DNA from: a virus
Length of the DNA: 36,640 nucleotides
Virus record (IMG/VR): IMGVR_UViG_3300033552_000033
Location: 1-36,640 of that record
Strand: one strand, 5' to 3'
The position numbers and the translations under genes are program-made. This document shows positions 1 to 6,941 of the stretch, piece by piece (position 1 is the first letter of the stretch; each line of letters begins with the position of its first letter). The notes below the pieces were generated by a model that was given only the letters and a program-made list of their open reading frames with translations, ran no database searches and was not told where the DNA came from.

Positions 1-127
1 TTTCTTTTACAGACGGCACAAACGACACGCCCTTTACAATAGGTTTTGGGTTAAAATTAAATGTTGTATCAGGGTATAAAGCTTTGATTTCAAAATACAC
101 CTCAGGGAATTACGAATGGGAAATAAG
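1..127. repeat. Terminal direct repeat, copy 1 (assembly overlap or terminal redundancy)
   Basis: Exact 127-nt identity with 36514-36640, read by eye. Confidence 0.9.
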
Positions 128-473
128 GCTTAATGGCTCACAGCTAGAAGTTGTTGTGTATAATCCATCGGCAACTGCATATCTATTTAAAGCACAAGGT
201 AATTTTGTTGCAAACACTTATTACAAAATATTAGTCACTTTTTCTGGTGGGGATATACGCACAACAGTCAATAATGTCTATGCAGGAAGTACCACTCAAA
301 ATATAGGTGGTTATACTAAAATGACTAACACCGCTTCTCCTGTGTTATTTGGTAAATCTGCAACTAATGGGTTTTTCTTAGATGGAACTATGGACGATAT
401 ATGTTTTTGGAATCGAATATTAACAAGTACCGAAATGACAGACAATTATAACAGAACAACTAATTTATTATAA
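1..473 (+). CDS. LamG/concanavalin-A-like lectin domain protein, 3' part (the gene opens at 36240 and wraps the junction; about 248 aa in total)
   Basis: ORF 84..473 is in frame with the ORF opening at 36240 once the 127-nt overlap is collapsed. The C-terminal motif LDGTMDDICFWNRILTSTEM is typical of Laminin_G_3-type domains. Confidence 0.7.
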   Translation, partial: SFTDGTNDTPFTIGFGLKLNVVSGYKALISKYTSGNYEWEIRLNGSQLEVVVYNPSATAYLFKAQGNFVANTYYKILVTFSGGDIRTTVNNVYAGSTTQNIGGYTKMTNTASPVLFGKSATNGFFLDGTMDDICFWNRILTSTEMTDNYNRTTNLL

Positions 474-548
474 AAATAATGATTACAGCAACGTACGGGA
501 ATATAATTTAGCAACCTGCATCCCTTTAAATTTAAACAAAAAATAAAC

Positions 549-785
549 ATGAAAACATTAAAAAATTGGTGGTTCGCAATATTAGGATTTGCATTAATTA
601 TTTTAGATCAGGGCTTTGAAATTCTAAATCCGTTTTTATCAGAAATAGGATTATCAGAAAAAGGAATAGGTATTGTTAAAATAGTATTTGGACTTTATGG
701 AGTTTACAAATTAAAAACATCACTACCAACCCAAAACACTGACAAATTAGAATCGTTAATTGAGAAGACTAAAGAGTCTGAATAG
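549..785 (+). CDS. Putative holin (small two-helix membrane protein)
   Basis: 78 aa with two hydrophobic segments (WWFAILGFALIILDQGF and GIGIVKIVFGLYGVY) and a polar, charged C-terminus. It lies two genes upstream of the endolysin. Confidence 0.45.
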   Translation: MKTLKNWWFAILGFALIILDQGFEILNPFLSEIGLSEKGIGIVKIVFGLYGVYKLKTSLPTQNTDKLESLIEKTKESE

Positions 786-799
786 AAAATAAATACATT

Positions 800-1105
800 A
801 TGAGTCCAGAAGAAAAAATAAAATTTGAAAAGATGGAAAATACCGTGGAGAAAATTCAAACTGATGTCATGGAAATTAAGGCTGCATTGTTGGGAAATAG
901 TATGTCTGGCGATAAGGGCTTAGTTGGCAGGATTGAAGTTTTAAACGTATCTCACGACCTTTTGGAATGTCAAGTAAAAACATTGATTGAGGAAAAAATA
1001 AAAAACGCATTATACATCAGGCTTATAAACTGGTTATTAGCGGTGATTGGAATGGGAGTTATAGGTGGGGTCATTACGTTATTCTTTAATTTATTAAATA
1101 AATAA
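800..1105 (+). CDS. Lysis-cassette membrane protein (holin/antiholin- or spanin-like)
   Basis: 101 aa with a coiled-coil-like N-terminus and a single C-terminal TM (WLLAVIGMGVIGGVITLFF). It ends 2 nt before the endolysin start. Confidence 0.35.
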   Translation: MSPEEKIKFEKMENTVEKIQTDVMEIKAALLGNSMSGDKGLVGRIEVLNVSHDLLECQVKTLIEEKIKNALYIRLINWLLAVIGMGVIGGVITLFFNLLNK

Positions 1106-1107
1106 TT

Positions 1108-1572
1108 ATGATTTCAACACAAAACGCAATTATAAAATACGGTTTTCCTACTGAAAATCCTAACTATTTAACAACGTTACGACTACCTTTTCCAATGCGT
1201 TTAAGTTGGGATAAGAATGTTTATGTAAACAAAATCCAATGTCACAAATTAGTAGTTGTTCAGTTAGAATTAATCCTTAAGAAAATTTTAGATTACTACG
1301 GTATTGAGAAAATTAAAAAACTTCAAATCGACATGTATGGAGGTTGCTTTAACTTTCGTAAAATGAGAGGCGGTAATGATTACTCACGGCATTCGTGGGG
1401 AATCGCAATTGATTTAGATCCAGAAAGAAACTTGCTTAAAGAAACATCTAAAACGGCTCGATTTGCAAGGGAAGAATACAAACCAATGATTGACATATTT
1501 TATAAACACGGCTTTGTAAATTTAGGTGTAGAGAAAAATTACGATTGGATGCACTTCCAAGTAAAAGACTAA
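1108..1572 (+). CDS. Endolysin, peptidase M15 (VanY / L-Ala-D-Glu endopeptidase type)
   Basis: SRHSWGIAIDLDP (H-x6-D zinc-ligand motif) plus C-terminal DWMHFQ. It is adjacent to the holin-like genes. Confidence 0.8.
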   Translation: MISTQNAIIKYGFPTENPNYLTTLRLPFPMRLSWDKNVYVNKIQCHKLVVVQLELILKKILDYYGIEKIKKLQIDMYGGCFNFRKMRGGNDYSRHSWGIAIDLDPERNLLKETSKTARFAREEYKPMIDIFYKHGFVNLGVEKNYDWMHFQVKD

Positions 1573-1591
1573 TTAATTAACAATAAACACT

Positions 1592-2062
1592 ATGAGACTA
1601 AAACTATTTCTTGCTCAAATTTGGGATTTTATCTCAGGAATTTGGAAAAAAACAACTAGCGAAATTAAAAGAATTACACCTATTGCCGTTAAGGCCGTTA
1701 ACGCTCTGAAATCAATAAACGATTCATTTGCAGGCGATGTAATTGAAACTGTAATCGCTTCTATTATTCCAGGCAAAACAGATGATATATTTATAGCAAT
1801 GCTTCGCCAAAAACTAAGAGAGATTCTACCAAAGGTTATTTTAAATTTAAATATCGTTAATTCAATTTCAAACATTGGTGACGCAAACGAACAGTTAAAA
1901 TCGATTGTTTCAGCTATAAATATGAGTTCTAACGAAACAAAAAACATTTACTATCATTCCTTATGCGTTTTGATTTTAGAATCCTTAGCAGATGGCAAAC
2001 TATCTTTTAGTGAATCAGTACAAATTTCAGAATATTATTATACAAATATTTATAAAAAATAA
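1592..2062 (+). CDS. Hypothetical protein, last gene of the late/lysis operon
   Basis: 156-aa ORF followed by an intrinsic terminator. No motif recognised. Confidence 0.5.
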   Translation: MRLKLFLAQIWDFISGIWKKTTSEIKRITPIAVKAVNALKSINDSFAGDVIETVIASIIPGKTDDIFIAMLRQKLREILPKVILNLNIVNSISNIGDANEQLKSIVSAINMSSNETKNIYYHSLCVLILESLADGKLSFSESVQISEYYYTNIYKK

Positions 2063-2138
2063 AATAAAAAGTATTATATTTGTATTTGTCTTTGGTTCTC
2101 GGAAAACCAATTTTGTTATTAAATTTTTCAAAATTTAC

Positions 2139-2167
2139 AAACCCATTCTTATTGAGTGGGTTTTTTT
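2139..2167 (+). terminator. Rho-independent terminator ending the late operon
   Basis: AAACCCA (2139-2145) pairs with TGGGTTT (2157-2163); the T-run continues to 2167. Confidence 0.75.
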
Positions 2168-2182
2168 ATGTAAATTAATTTT

Positions 2183-2217
2183 ATTACGTTATTATATTAG
2201 TTTTATTCGTATATTTG
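2183..2217 (+). promoter_or_regulatory. Predicted Bacteroidota-type promoter with upstream ACGT-box motif (site a)
   Basis: ATTACGTTATTATATTA (2183-2199), a 10-nt spacer, then TATATTTG (2210-2217, fits TAnnTTTG). It lies 22 nt upstream of ATG 2239. Confidence 0.5.
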
Positions 2218-2238
2218 GAAAACTAAAACCAATAAATT

Positions 2239-2472
2239 ATGTTAGATCTATCTAAAATCAAACATGGCTTTAACCTTATCCAAGCCCCTATTAACATTCG
2301 TAGAGTTATGCCAGAGGATTCAGATTTTATAGTATGGCTAAACACTGGCACTATAGCCGAATTAAACGCTGCTTTAAAAGCATTTGAAACTTCGCAAATG
2401 TATGAAGATTGTGCAATTATCTTTAAAGTCTTAAATGAAAAAATCAACTCAATTGTAACCCGCATAGACTAA
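2239..2472 (+). CDS. Hypothetical protein
   Basis: 77-aa ORF whose stop overlaps the next start (TAATG). Confidence 0.5.
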   Translation: MLDLSKIKHGFNLIQAPINIRRVMPEDSDFIVWLNTGTIAELNAALKAFETSQMYEDCAIIFKVLNEKINSIVTRID

Positions 2473-2870
2473 TGAAAATATCACAATTACCACCAGATGT
2501 TAAAGAAAAAGCCTTGTATTATTTTAATAACGATCCGTGCAATAAAGGCAAAGATTTGATTGATAATATAGAAGATTCTTTTGAGTGGGGCAAAACAAAA
2601 GAAGGTCATAATTATTGGGCTGATTGGTATGATAAAGAATTCATAGAAATAAAAGAAGACTCAATAGTAGAATCAATCAGAAAACAGTTTTTAGACCGTT
2701 CTAACGTAGGAATACAAAAATACGGTGTAACATTAGACAGGGAAGATTTAAGCCTATTAGAATGGTTGGAACACACCAAACAGGAGCAAATGGACTCTGT
2801 TTTATACTTAGAGAAAGCAATACAACAATTAAAGAATACGAATTTAGATTTCCCCCATCGTCAGAGCTAA
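2472..2870 (+). CDS. Hypothetical protein; C-terminal half weakly resembles all-alpha NTP pyrophosphohydrolase (MazG-like) helices
   Basis: 132 aa. The segment QKYGVTLDREDLSLLEWLEHTKQEQMDSVLYLEKA resembles such domains by eye only. Confidence 0.3.
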   Translation: MKISQLPPDVKEKALYYFNNDPCNKGKDLIDNIEDSFEWGKTKEGHNYWADWYDKEFIEIKEDSIVESIRKQFLDRSNVGIQKYGVTLDREDLSLLEWLEHTKQEQMDSVLYLEKAIQQLKNTNLDFPHRQS

Positions 2871-2884
2871 CCAATAATTAACCT

Positions 2885-3763
2885 ATGAGTAAATATGATT
2901 ATTTTAATTTAGAAGTTTTAAAGCATTTCGGAACATATCCAAACAATACGCATTTAGCGAAAGAGTTATTGCCAAAGGGAGAGCCATTGCAATTGGAAGC
3001 GTTAAGAAAATATATTGCGAAAATGCGTAAACACGCACATCCTAAAGAAGCCAAAGACGGTGTTAAGAGTTTGAAAAAATATTTAGCTATTGAGCCTTAC
3101 CTAAACGGTAACCCAGACAATATTCTAATTATTGGCGATCCACACGAACCATTTACTTTATTAGGTTATTTAAAGTTTTGTAGGGAACAGCAAGAGATTT
3201 ACGATTGCGGAACTGTTGTTTTTATTGGGGACATTATAGATAATCATTACAGTTCGTACCACGAAAGCGACCCCGACGGATACGGTGCGGGTGAGGAATT
3301 AGATAGAACAATTGATAAAATAAAAGATTGGTACAGAACATTTCCTAGAGCCAAAGTTATTGTAGGGAATCATGACCGTTTAGTATATAGAAAAGCATTT
3401 AGTGCAGGAGTTTCAAAAAGATGGATTAGAGATTATAAAGATGTTTTAGGGACACCAGATTGGGAATTTATGGAGAGTGTAGAAATATTTGGAATTAATT
3501 TCAATCATGGTGAGGGTGGTACTGCTAAAAACAGAATGAAAACAGAACTACAAAGCCAAGTTCAAGGACACTTACATACTCAATTATATGCGGAATTTTC
3601 GGTTGGTGCTAATTTTATTGTATTTGGTATGCAGGTGGGTTGTGGTATTGACATTAAAAGCTATGCAATGGCTTATGGGAAGCATTACAAAAAACCCGCT
3701 ATAGGTTGTGGAGTGGTTTTAAATAAAGGTACGTTACCAATAGCAATACCTATGAAAATGTAA
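2885..3763 (+). CDS. Calcineurin-like metallophosphoesterase (lambda phosphatase/NinI-like fold) with an N-terminal extension of about 80 aa
   Basis: Ordered motifs GDPHEP, GDIIDNH, GNHD, NHGEGG and GHLH. Confidence 0.8.
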   Translation: MSKYDYFNLEVLKHFGTYPNNTHLAKELLPKGEPLQLEALRKYIAKMRKHAHPKEAKDGVKSLKKYLAIEPYLNGNPDNILIIGDPHEPFTLLGYLKFCREQQEIYDCGTVVFIGDIIDNHYSSYHESDPDGYGAGEELDRTIDKIKDWYRTFPRAKVIVGNHDRLVYRKAFSAGVSKRWIRDYKDVLGTPDWEFMESVEIFGINFNHGEGGTAKNRMKTELQSQVQGHLHTQLYAEFSVGANFIVFGMQVGCGIDIKSYAMAYGKHYKKPAIGCGVVLNKGTLPIAIPMKM

Positions 3764-3799
3764 TATAAAAATAGTGGCTCAAATAAACACTTATAAGTT

Positions 3800-4067
3800 T
3801 GAGGGAATACAGCCGAAAGTGTAAAAGGCGTGGTTTCGGGAAAACGAGAGTTGAGATACGTTTAAGTTAGTAAGCACGGTGGGAAAGGCTAACATTTTTT
3901 AGACACAAACAAAAACAATAGTTAGTTTAAAGTAAAGAACCCTAATTAAATTTAGGAGCGCAGATTAACGACCTGCACTATTGTTTTTAAAAGTTCATAA
4001 TTTGGTTTTTTTAATTTTTCGGGGTGGTTTCCGAATATCGAACCCTTCTATTTTAGAGGGGTTTTTT
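3800..4067 (+). ncRNA. Candidate structured non-coding RNA (unknown class)
   Basis: A 360-nt ORF-free gap in a densely packed genome. It contains a TAAGTTTG -7-like box at 3794-3801, a 12-bp stem (3911-3922 with 3977-3988) closing a three-way junction, further hairpins, and an intrinsic terminator at 4041-4067. Confidence 0.35.
4041..4067 (+). terminator. Rho-independent terminator
   Basis: AACCCTTCT (4041-4049) pairs with AGAGGGGTT (4055-4063), including one G-U. T-run to 4067. Confidence 0.7.
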
Positions 4068-4078
4068 ATTTTGTTAAA

Positions 4079-4135
4079 GTTACGTTAATATATTAATAAA
4101 TGTATACGTAAATCAAAGTAAAGGTTGTATATTTG
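4079..4135 (+). promoter_or_regulatory. Predicted promoter with inverted pair of ACGT-box motifs (site b)
   Basis: GTTACGTTAATATATTAA (4079-4096), TATACGTAAA (4103-4112) and TATATTTG (4128-4135), at the head of the small-ORF array. Confidence 0.5.
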
Positions 4136-4169
4136 TCTCAGTAATAAAGCGAAACAAAAAACACATATT

Positions 4170-4358
4170 ATGAAAAATTCAATCGAAACTTTAAGAACTG
4201 AAAATAATTTACTTTTAACTTTATCTGAAAATCTTTTAAAAGAATTTAGAAAATTAATGAGAAAAGGAAACGTAAACGGAGCTAAATTAATTTTTTATAG
4301 AGTTGAGGAAGTGAATGCAAAAAGACAAGCTAATAATAAATTAATACTTTCTTTATAA
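4170..4358 (+). CDS. Hypothetical small protein
   Basis: The ORF-track ORF 4125..4358 is trimmed to ATG 4170, because 4128-4135 is the predicted -7 box. Its stop overlaps the next start (TAATG). Confidence 0.45.
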   Translation: MKNSIETLRTENNLLLTLSENLLKEFRKLMRKGNVNGAKLIFYRVEEVNAKRQANNKLILSL

Positions 4359-4516
4359 TGAAAGTAGAATTTAAAGGAGTTGCTCGTGACGGATTAGTTA
4401 TCACGAGTAACTCAATAATTCAAAAAGAAATAAATAATGTGCTTTATACTAAATTATGTATAAAAGGTCATTGGATAAGTATTTTAAATGAATCATTAGA
4501 AATAAAATTATTATGA
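4358..4516 (+). CDS. Hypothetical small protein (52 aa, below the ORF-track cutoff)
   Basis: Hand translation gives MKVEFKGVARDGLVITSNS... It has TAATG and ATGA overlaps with both neighbours. Confidence 0.4.
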   Translation: MKVEFKGVARDGLVITSNSIIQKEINNVLYTKLCIKGHWISILNESLEIKLL

Positions 4517-4704
4517 AAGAATTAAATTTCCCTAAAATAATGAAGTCACAAGACGGTCAAATAGTATTATTTGAATCAGAAGGAAAAGGAGTTGCTTTAA
4601 ACTGTGTGTGCGGAGAAATTGGAATAACTTATTTAGACTGGATAATGTCAAATTTTAAAGATTTTAACCAGCCTTTAATTATTAGCAATGAAATAATACT
4701 ATAA
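4513..4704 (+). CDS. Hypothetical small protein
   Basis: 63-aa ORF, translationally coupled to its neighbours. Confidence 0.5.
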   Translation: MKELNFPKIMKSQDGQIVLFESEGKGVALNCVCGEIGITYLDWIMSNFKDFNQPLIISNEIIL

Positions 4705-4705
4705 A

Positions 4706-4858
4706 ATGAAACAACAAACAGTAAGAAACCCAAAAGGAGCAGGACGACCCAAAGGAATAGAAACTAAGATACTGACTATAAGAGTGTGTAAAGTAATACA
4801 TGATGAACTAAAAGCGATGGTTAAATGTAAAGATGATGAGTTTAGAAAAAACGAGTAA
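4706..4858 (+). CDS. Small basic DNA-binding-like protein (ribbon-helix-helix-like)
   Basis: Hand translation (50 aa) gives MKQQTVRNPKGAGRPKGIETKILTIRVCKVIHDELKAMV... A GRPKG motif followed by a beta-strand and helix pattern is typical of RHH proteins. Confidence 0.4.
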   Translation: MKQQTVRNPKGAGRPKGIETKILTIRVCKVIHDELKAMVKCKDDEFRKNE

Positions 4859-4912
4859 CGTTCGCTAGTGTAAATTCGGCTGCTGAAATGTAACCGCTGT
4901 TATCAGGAGTAC
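4856..4912 (+). repeat. Intercistronic structured element, unit A (degenerate L arm plus canonical R arm)
   Basis: TAACGTTCGC box at 4856; R arm GTTATCAGGAGTAC at 4899-4912. Confidence 0.6.
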
Positions 4913-4938
4913 GAATTAACTAAAACAAAAATATATTT

Positions 4939-5202
4939 ATGGATTTAAAACATCTTTTAAACAGAATAGAAAGGAAAAGAGAACTTAAAATTGAACAGGA
5001 TATTATCGTTAATATTCCAGAATTTCAAACTGGAACAGAGGAAGCGTCGCTGGAAAGTTTAGTTCTTATTTTAAACAAACATCAACCAATAAAAAAATAC
5101 AGTTTTGATGTTAAAAAATTACAAAATTGGTGTGAAGTAAATAATTTGATATATTACATCGATGAACGCAATAGAATAGTTAATTTAAAACTAAAATCGT
5201 AA
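4939..5202 (+). CDS. Hypothetical protein
   Basis: 87-aa ORF with an A-rich leader downstream of an R arm. Confidence 0.55.
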   Translation: MDLKHLLNRIERKRELKIEQDIIVNIPEFQTGTEEASLESLVLILNKHQPIKKYSFDVKKLQNWCEVNNLIYYIDERNRIVNLKLKS

Positions 5203-5210
5203 ATATTATT

Positions 5211-5486
5211 ATGAAAACAGAATTAACAGTAGAACAGAAAATACAGGCTTTATCATCAAAATATTACGATGGATTGCCCTGGAATCCTAAAAAGGGAGAT
5301 TATTACACGACATCAAGAAATGATTTAGAATTATATCAAATTGTTGATGAAAATGAAACTACTTTATTTACAAATTATTGTGGAGAAAAGAAAGCGGACG
5401 AGCCTCACGAATGGAGCAAAAGAAAATTTCTAGAAGATTTTGGAGAAAGACGTGTTTTTGTTCCTGAATTTGTTTTAGGAATTTAA
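5211..5486 (+). CDS. Hypothetical protein
   Basis: 91-aa ORF. Confidence 0.55.
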   Translation: MKTELTVEQKIQALSSKYYDGLPWNPKKGDYYTTSRNDLELYQIVDENETTLFTNYCGEKKADEPHEWSKRKFLEDFGERRVFVPEFVLGI

Positions 5487-5491
5487 ACGCA

Positions 5492-5584
5492 GTATTCCTG
5501 ATAACGTTTCGCAGCCTTAAAATGCCAGCCTATACGCCAACACACTTTTGGCTGGTAAGTCAAGACTGCTGTTATCAGGAGTAC
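5492..5584 (+). repeat. Intercistronic structured element, unit B (complete: L arm, P2, P3 hairpin, R arm)
   Basis: L arm GTATTCCTGATAAC (5492-5505) pairs with R arm GTTATCAGGAGTAC (5571-5584), 14 bp including one G-U. P2 is 5511-5518 with 5562-5569. P3 is CCAGCC (5525-5530) with GGCTGG (5550-5555). Confidence 0.75.
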
Positions 5585-5608
5585 GGCAATTTAAAACTAA
5601 ATATTATT

Positions 5609-5836
5609 ATGAAAAATAAAATAAAAGAAATCCTTAATAATTATGAGGAGCAAATAGAAAGATATGAGTTACAAGTAGAAAAACTTATAGCTAAAATGGA
5701 TTTTTGTTCTGAACATAAATTTAATGAAGAATTTAGAATTGCTAATGTTGAATATCAAGCCGTAAATATGTGTGTTTATAGATGGAGAGATATGCACAAA
5801 GAAATTACATATATTCTTAATGAAACGGAATTGTAG
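5609..5836 (+). CDS. Hypothetical protein
   Basis: The ORF-track ORF 5522..5836 is trimmed to ATG 5609. The leader AAAACTAAATATTATTATG matches the leaders at 4939 and 7431, and the upstream extension would be translated from the folded element. Confidence 0.5.
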   Translation: MKNKIKEILNNYEEQIERYELQVEKLIAKMDFCSEHKFNEEFRIANVEYQAVNMCVYRWRDMHKEITYILNETEL

Positions 5837-5934
5837 TATTCCTGATAACGTATCGCAGCCTTGAAATTCCAGCCTATTTATAAAGTTGCTTCGGCTGGTA
5901 AGTAAAGACGGCTGTTATGCATAGTCTTTTTTTT
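5836..5934 (+). repeat. Intercistronic structured element, unit C (L arm, P3 hairpin, variant R' arm, T-run)
   Basis: L arm at 5836-5849. CCAGCC (5869-5874) pairs with GGCTGG (5893-5898) around an unrelated loop. R' arm GGCTGTTATGCATAGTC at 5910-5926. AAAGAC/GTCTTT stem plus T8 at 5904-5934. Confidence 0.7.
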
Positions 5935-5968
5935 ACTAAATTTATAAATTAACTTAAAAACAAACAAA

Positions 5969-6151
5969 ATGATAATCAAAGCAAAATTCACAGGAACAAA
6001 TTCTTTAGGGTATGAAACAGGAAAAGAATACGAATTAAAAGTAGCAGATTTACAAGGAATTTCAGTAGTAAGATTAGACGGGACAGGCAAATGCCCATAT
6101 ATGTCTCTATCTTCTTTTTTAAAAAATTGGACTAATATAGTCGTTGTGTAA
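5969..6151 (+). CDS. Hypothetical protein
   Basis: 60-aa ORF bracketed by the R'/L' inverted repeat pair. Confidence 0.5.
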   Translation: MIIKAKFTGTNSLGYETGKEYELKVADLQGISVVRLDGTGKCPYMSLSSFLKNWTNIVVV

Positions 6152-6301
6152 GATTATGCATAACGGCCGATGATACGGGAGGTTTTTCGGAATGGCCAAG
6201 AACTGTACTTTCTGGCCATTACAAAAAATAACAAGTACAGACAGATAAATCAATAATCAAAAATGCCGAAAATCTCTTGTATCATTTGTTAGGGAATCGG
6301 C
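6152..6301 (+). repeat. Intercistronic structured element, unit D (L' arm, 20-bp stem, hairpin, pseudoknot)
   Basis: GATTATGCATAACGGCC at 6152-6168. Long stem 6170-6190 with 6266-6285, containing 3 G-U pairs. Hairpin 6191-6198 with 6213-6220. Loop CTGTACT (6203-6209) is complementary to AGTACAG (6234-6240). Confidence 0.65.
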
Positions 6302-6319
6302 TTTTTAACACAAAACATT

Positions 6320-6538
6320 ATGGAAATAGAAAAGCATCTTGATTGGTTTCCTAGTTTTGAAAACCAAATAGATATAAAAGAAAAAACATTTACAATTACT
6401 ATTAAACAAGAAGAAATAGAGATAGAGTGCGACTGGGATTATGGATATGGTGGTAGAGGAACAGAGATAATGTACTTAAATTTGGAACTTTTAGAAAATT
6501 TAATCACTGAATTAAGACTCTCGCAAGCTGTTCCCTAA
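6320..6538 (+). CDS. Hypothetical protein
   Basis: 72-aa ORF. Confidence 0.5.
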   Translation: MEIEKHLDWFPSFENQIDIKEKTFTITIKQEEIEIECDWDYGYGGRGTEIMYLNLELLENLITELRLSQAVP

Positions 6539-6640
6539 TAGGCGCGCACTTCACGAAGTTTCAATTTCTTGAAACGTGTAGTTGAGCGAAGTGTGCGCCT
6601 ATTGAGTGAAGTGCGTGCGCGCATTTCACTCAACGTTCCC
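6537..6640 (+). repeat. Intercistronic structured element, unit E (two GC-rich hairpins)
   Basis: AATAGGCGCGCACTTC (6537-6552) pairs with GAAGTGTGCGCCTATT (6588-6603). Inner hairpin at 6558-6575. Second 12-bp hairpin at 6604-6631. AACGTTCCCG box at 6632-6641. Confidence 0.65.
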
Positions 6641-6692
6641 GTGACTGTTGTAGTTGTAAATAATTAAAGACTAATAATAACAAAAAAATACT

Positions 6693-6941
6693 ATGGAAAT
6701 TAAAAACAAAATTGCCGAAATAATAACTCAAACTCATAAAACACCATTTGAGCAAGCGGAAGAAATTGTACAATTATTTGCTGAAAATAACGATTACAAG
6801 CAATTACTACAGTCACGTGTTAGTGGGCAAAGCGAACTGTCTTGTGGCGGTAATTGCGGAATGAATTATTGTGACACAAACGGATGTATGGATAGAAAAC
6901 GAATACTTACTGAACCAAAACCGCCAGAAGATAGTCACTAA
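6693..6941 (+). CDS. Hypothetical protein with Cys-rich C-terminal segment
   Basis: 82 aa containing CGGNCGMNYCDTNGC. The stop lies within a TAACGTTCCCGC box. Confidence 0.5.
   Translation: MEIKNKIAEIITQTHKTPFEQAEEIVQLFAENNDYKQLLQSRVSGQSELSCGGNCGMNYCDTNGCMDRKRILTEPKPPEDSH

Noticed and set aside
1992-2465. Track ORFs 1992..2255 (+) and 2223..2465 (-)
   Set aside because: The first runs through the intrinsic terminator and the promoter region, and is Ile/Phe/Lys-rich from AT-rich non-coding DNA. The second is antisense to ORF 2239..2472.
5492-5584. Hammerhead or other known self-cleaving ribozyme in the L arm (CUGAUAA resembles the CUGANGA core)
   Set aside because: The core has A where the essential G of CUGANGA is required. 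A GAAA element is present in unit C but not in unit B. I could not match the twister, pistol or hatchet cores from memory either. Self-cleavage remains untested rather than supported.
5492-5584. Integron attC site (imperfect palindrome between cassettes, arms ending ...AAC and starting GTT...)
   Set aside because: Only the AAC/GTT triplets fit the RYYYAAC/GTTRRRY cores. No IntI-type integrase, attI or Pc promoter is present. The invariant G-U position argues for an RNA-level rather than an ssDNA-level fold.
5522-5608. N-terminal 29 codons of track ORF 5522..5836
   Set aside because: This stretch would be translated from the folded intercistronic element (MPAYTPTHFWLVSQDCCYQEYG...). ATG 5609 has the same A-rich leader as the starts at 4939 and 7431.
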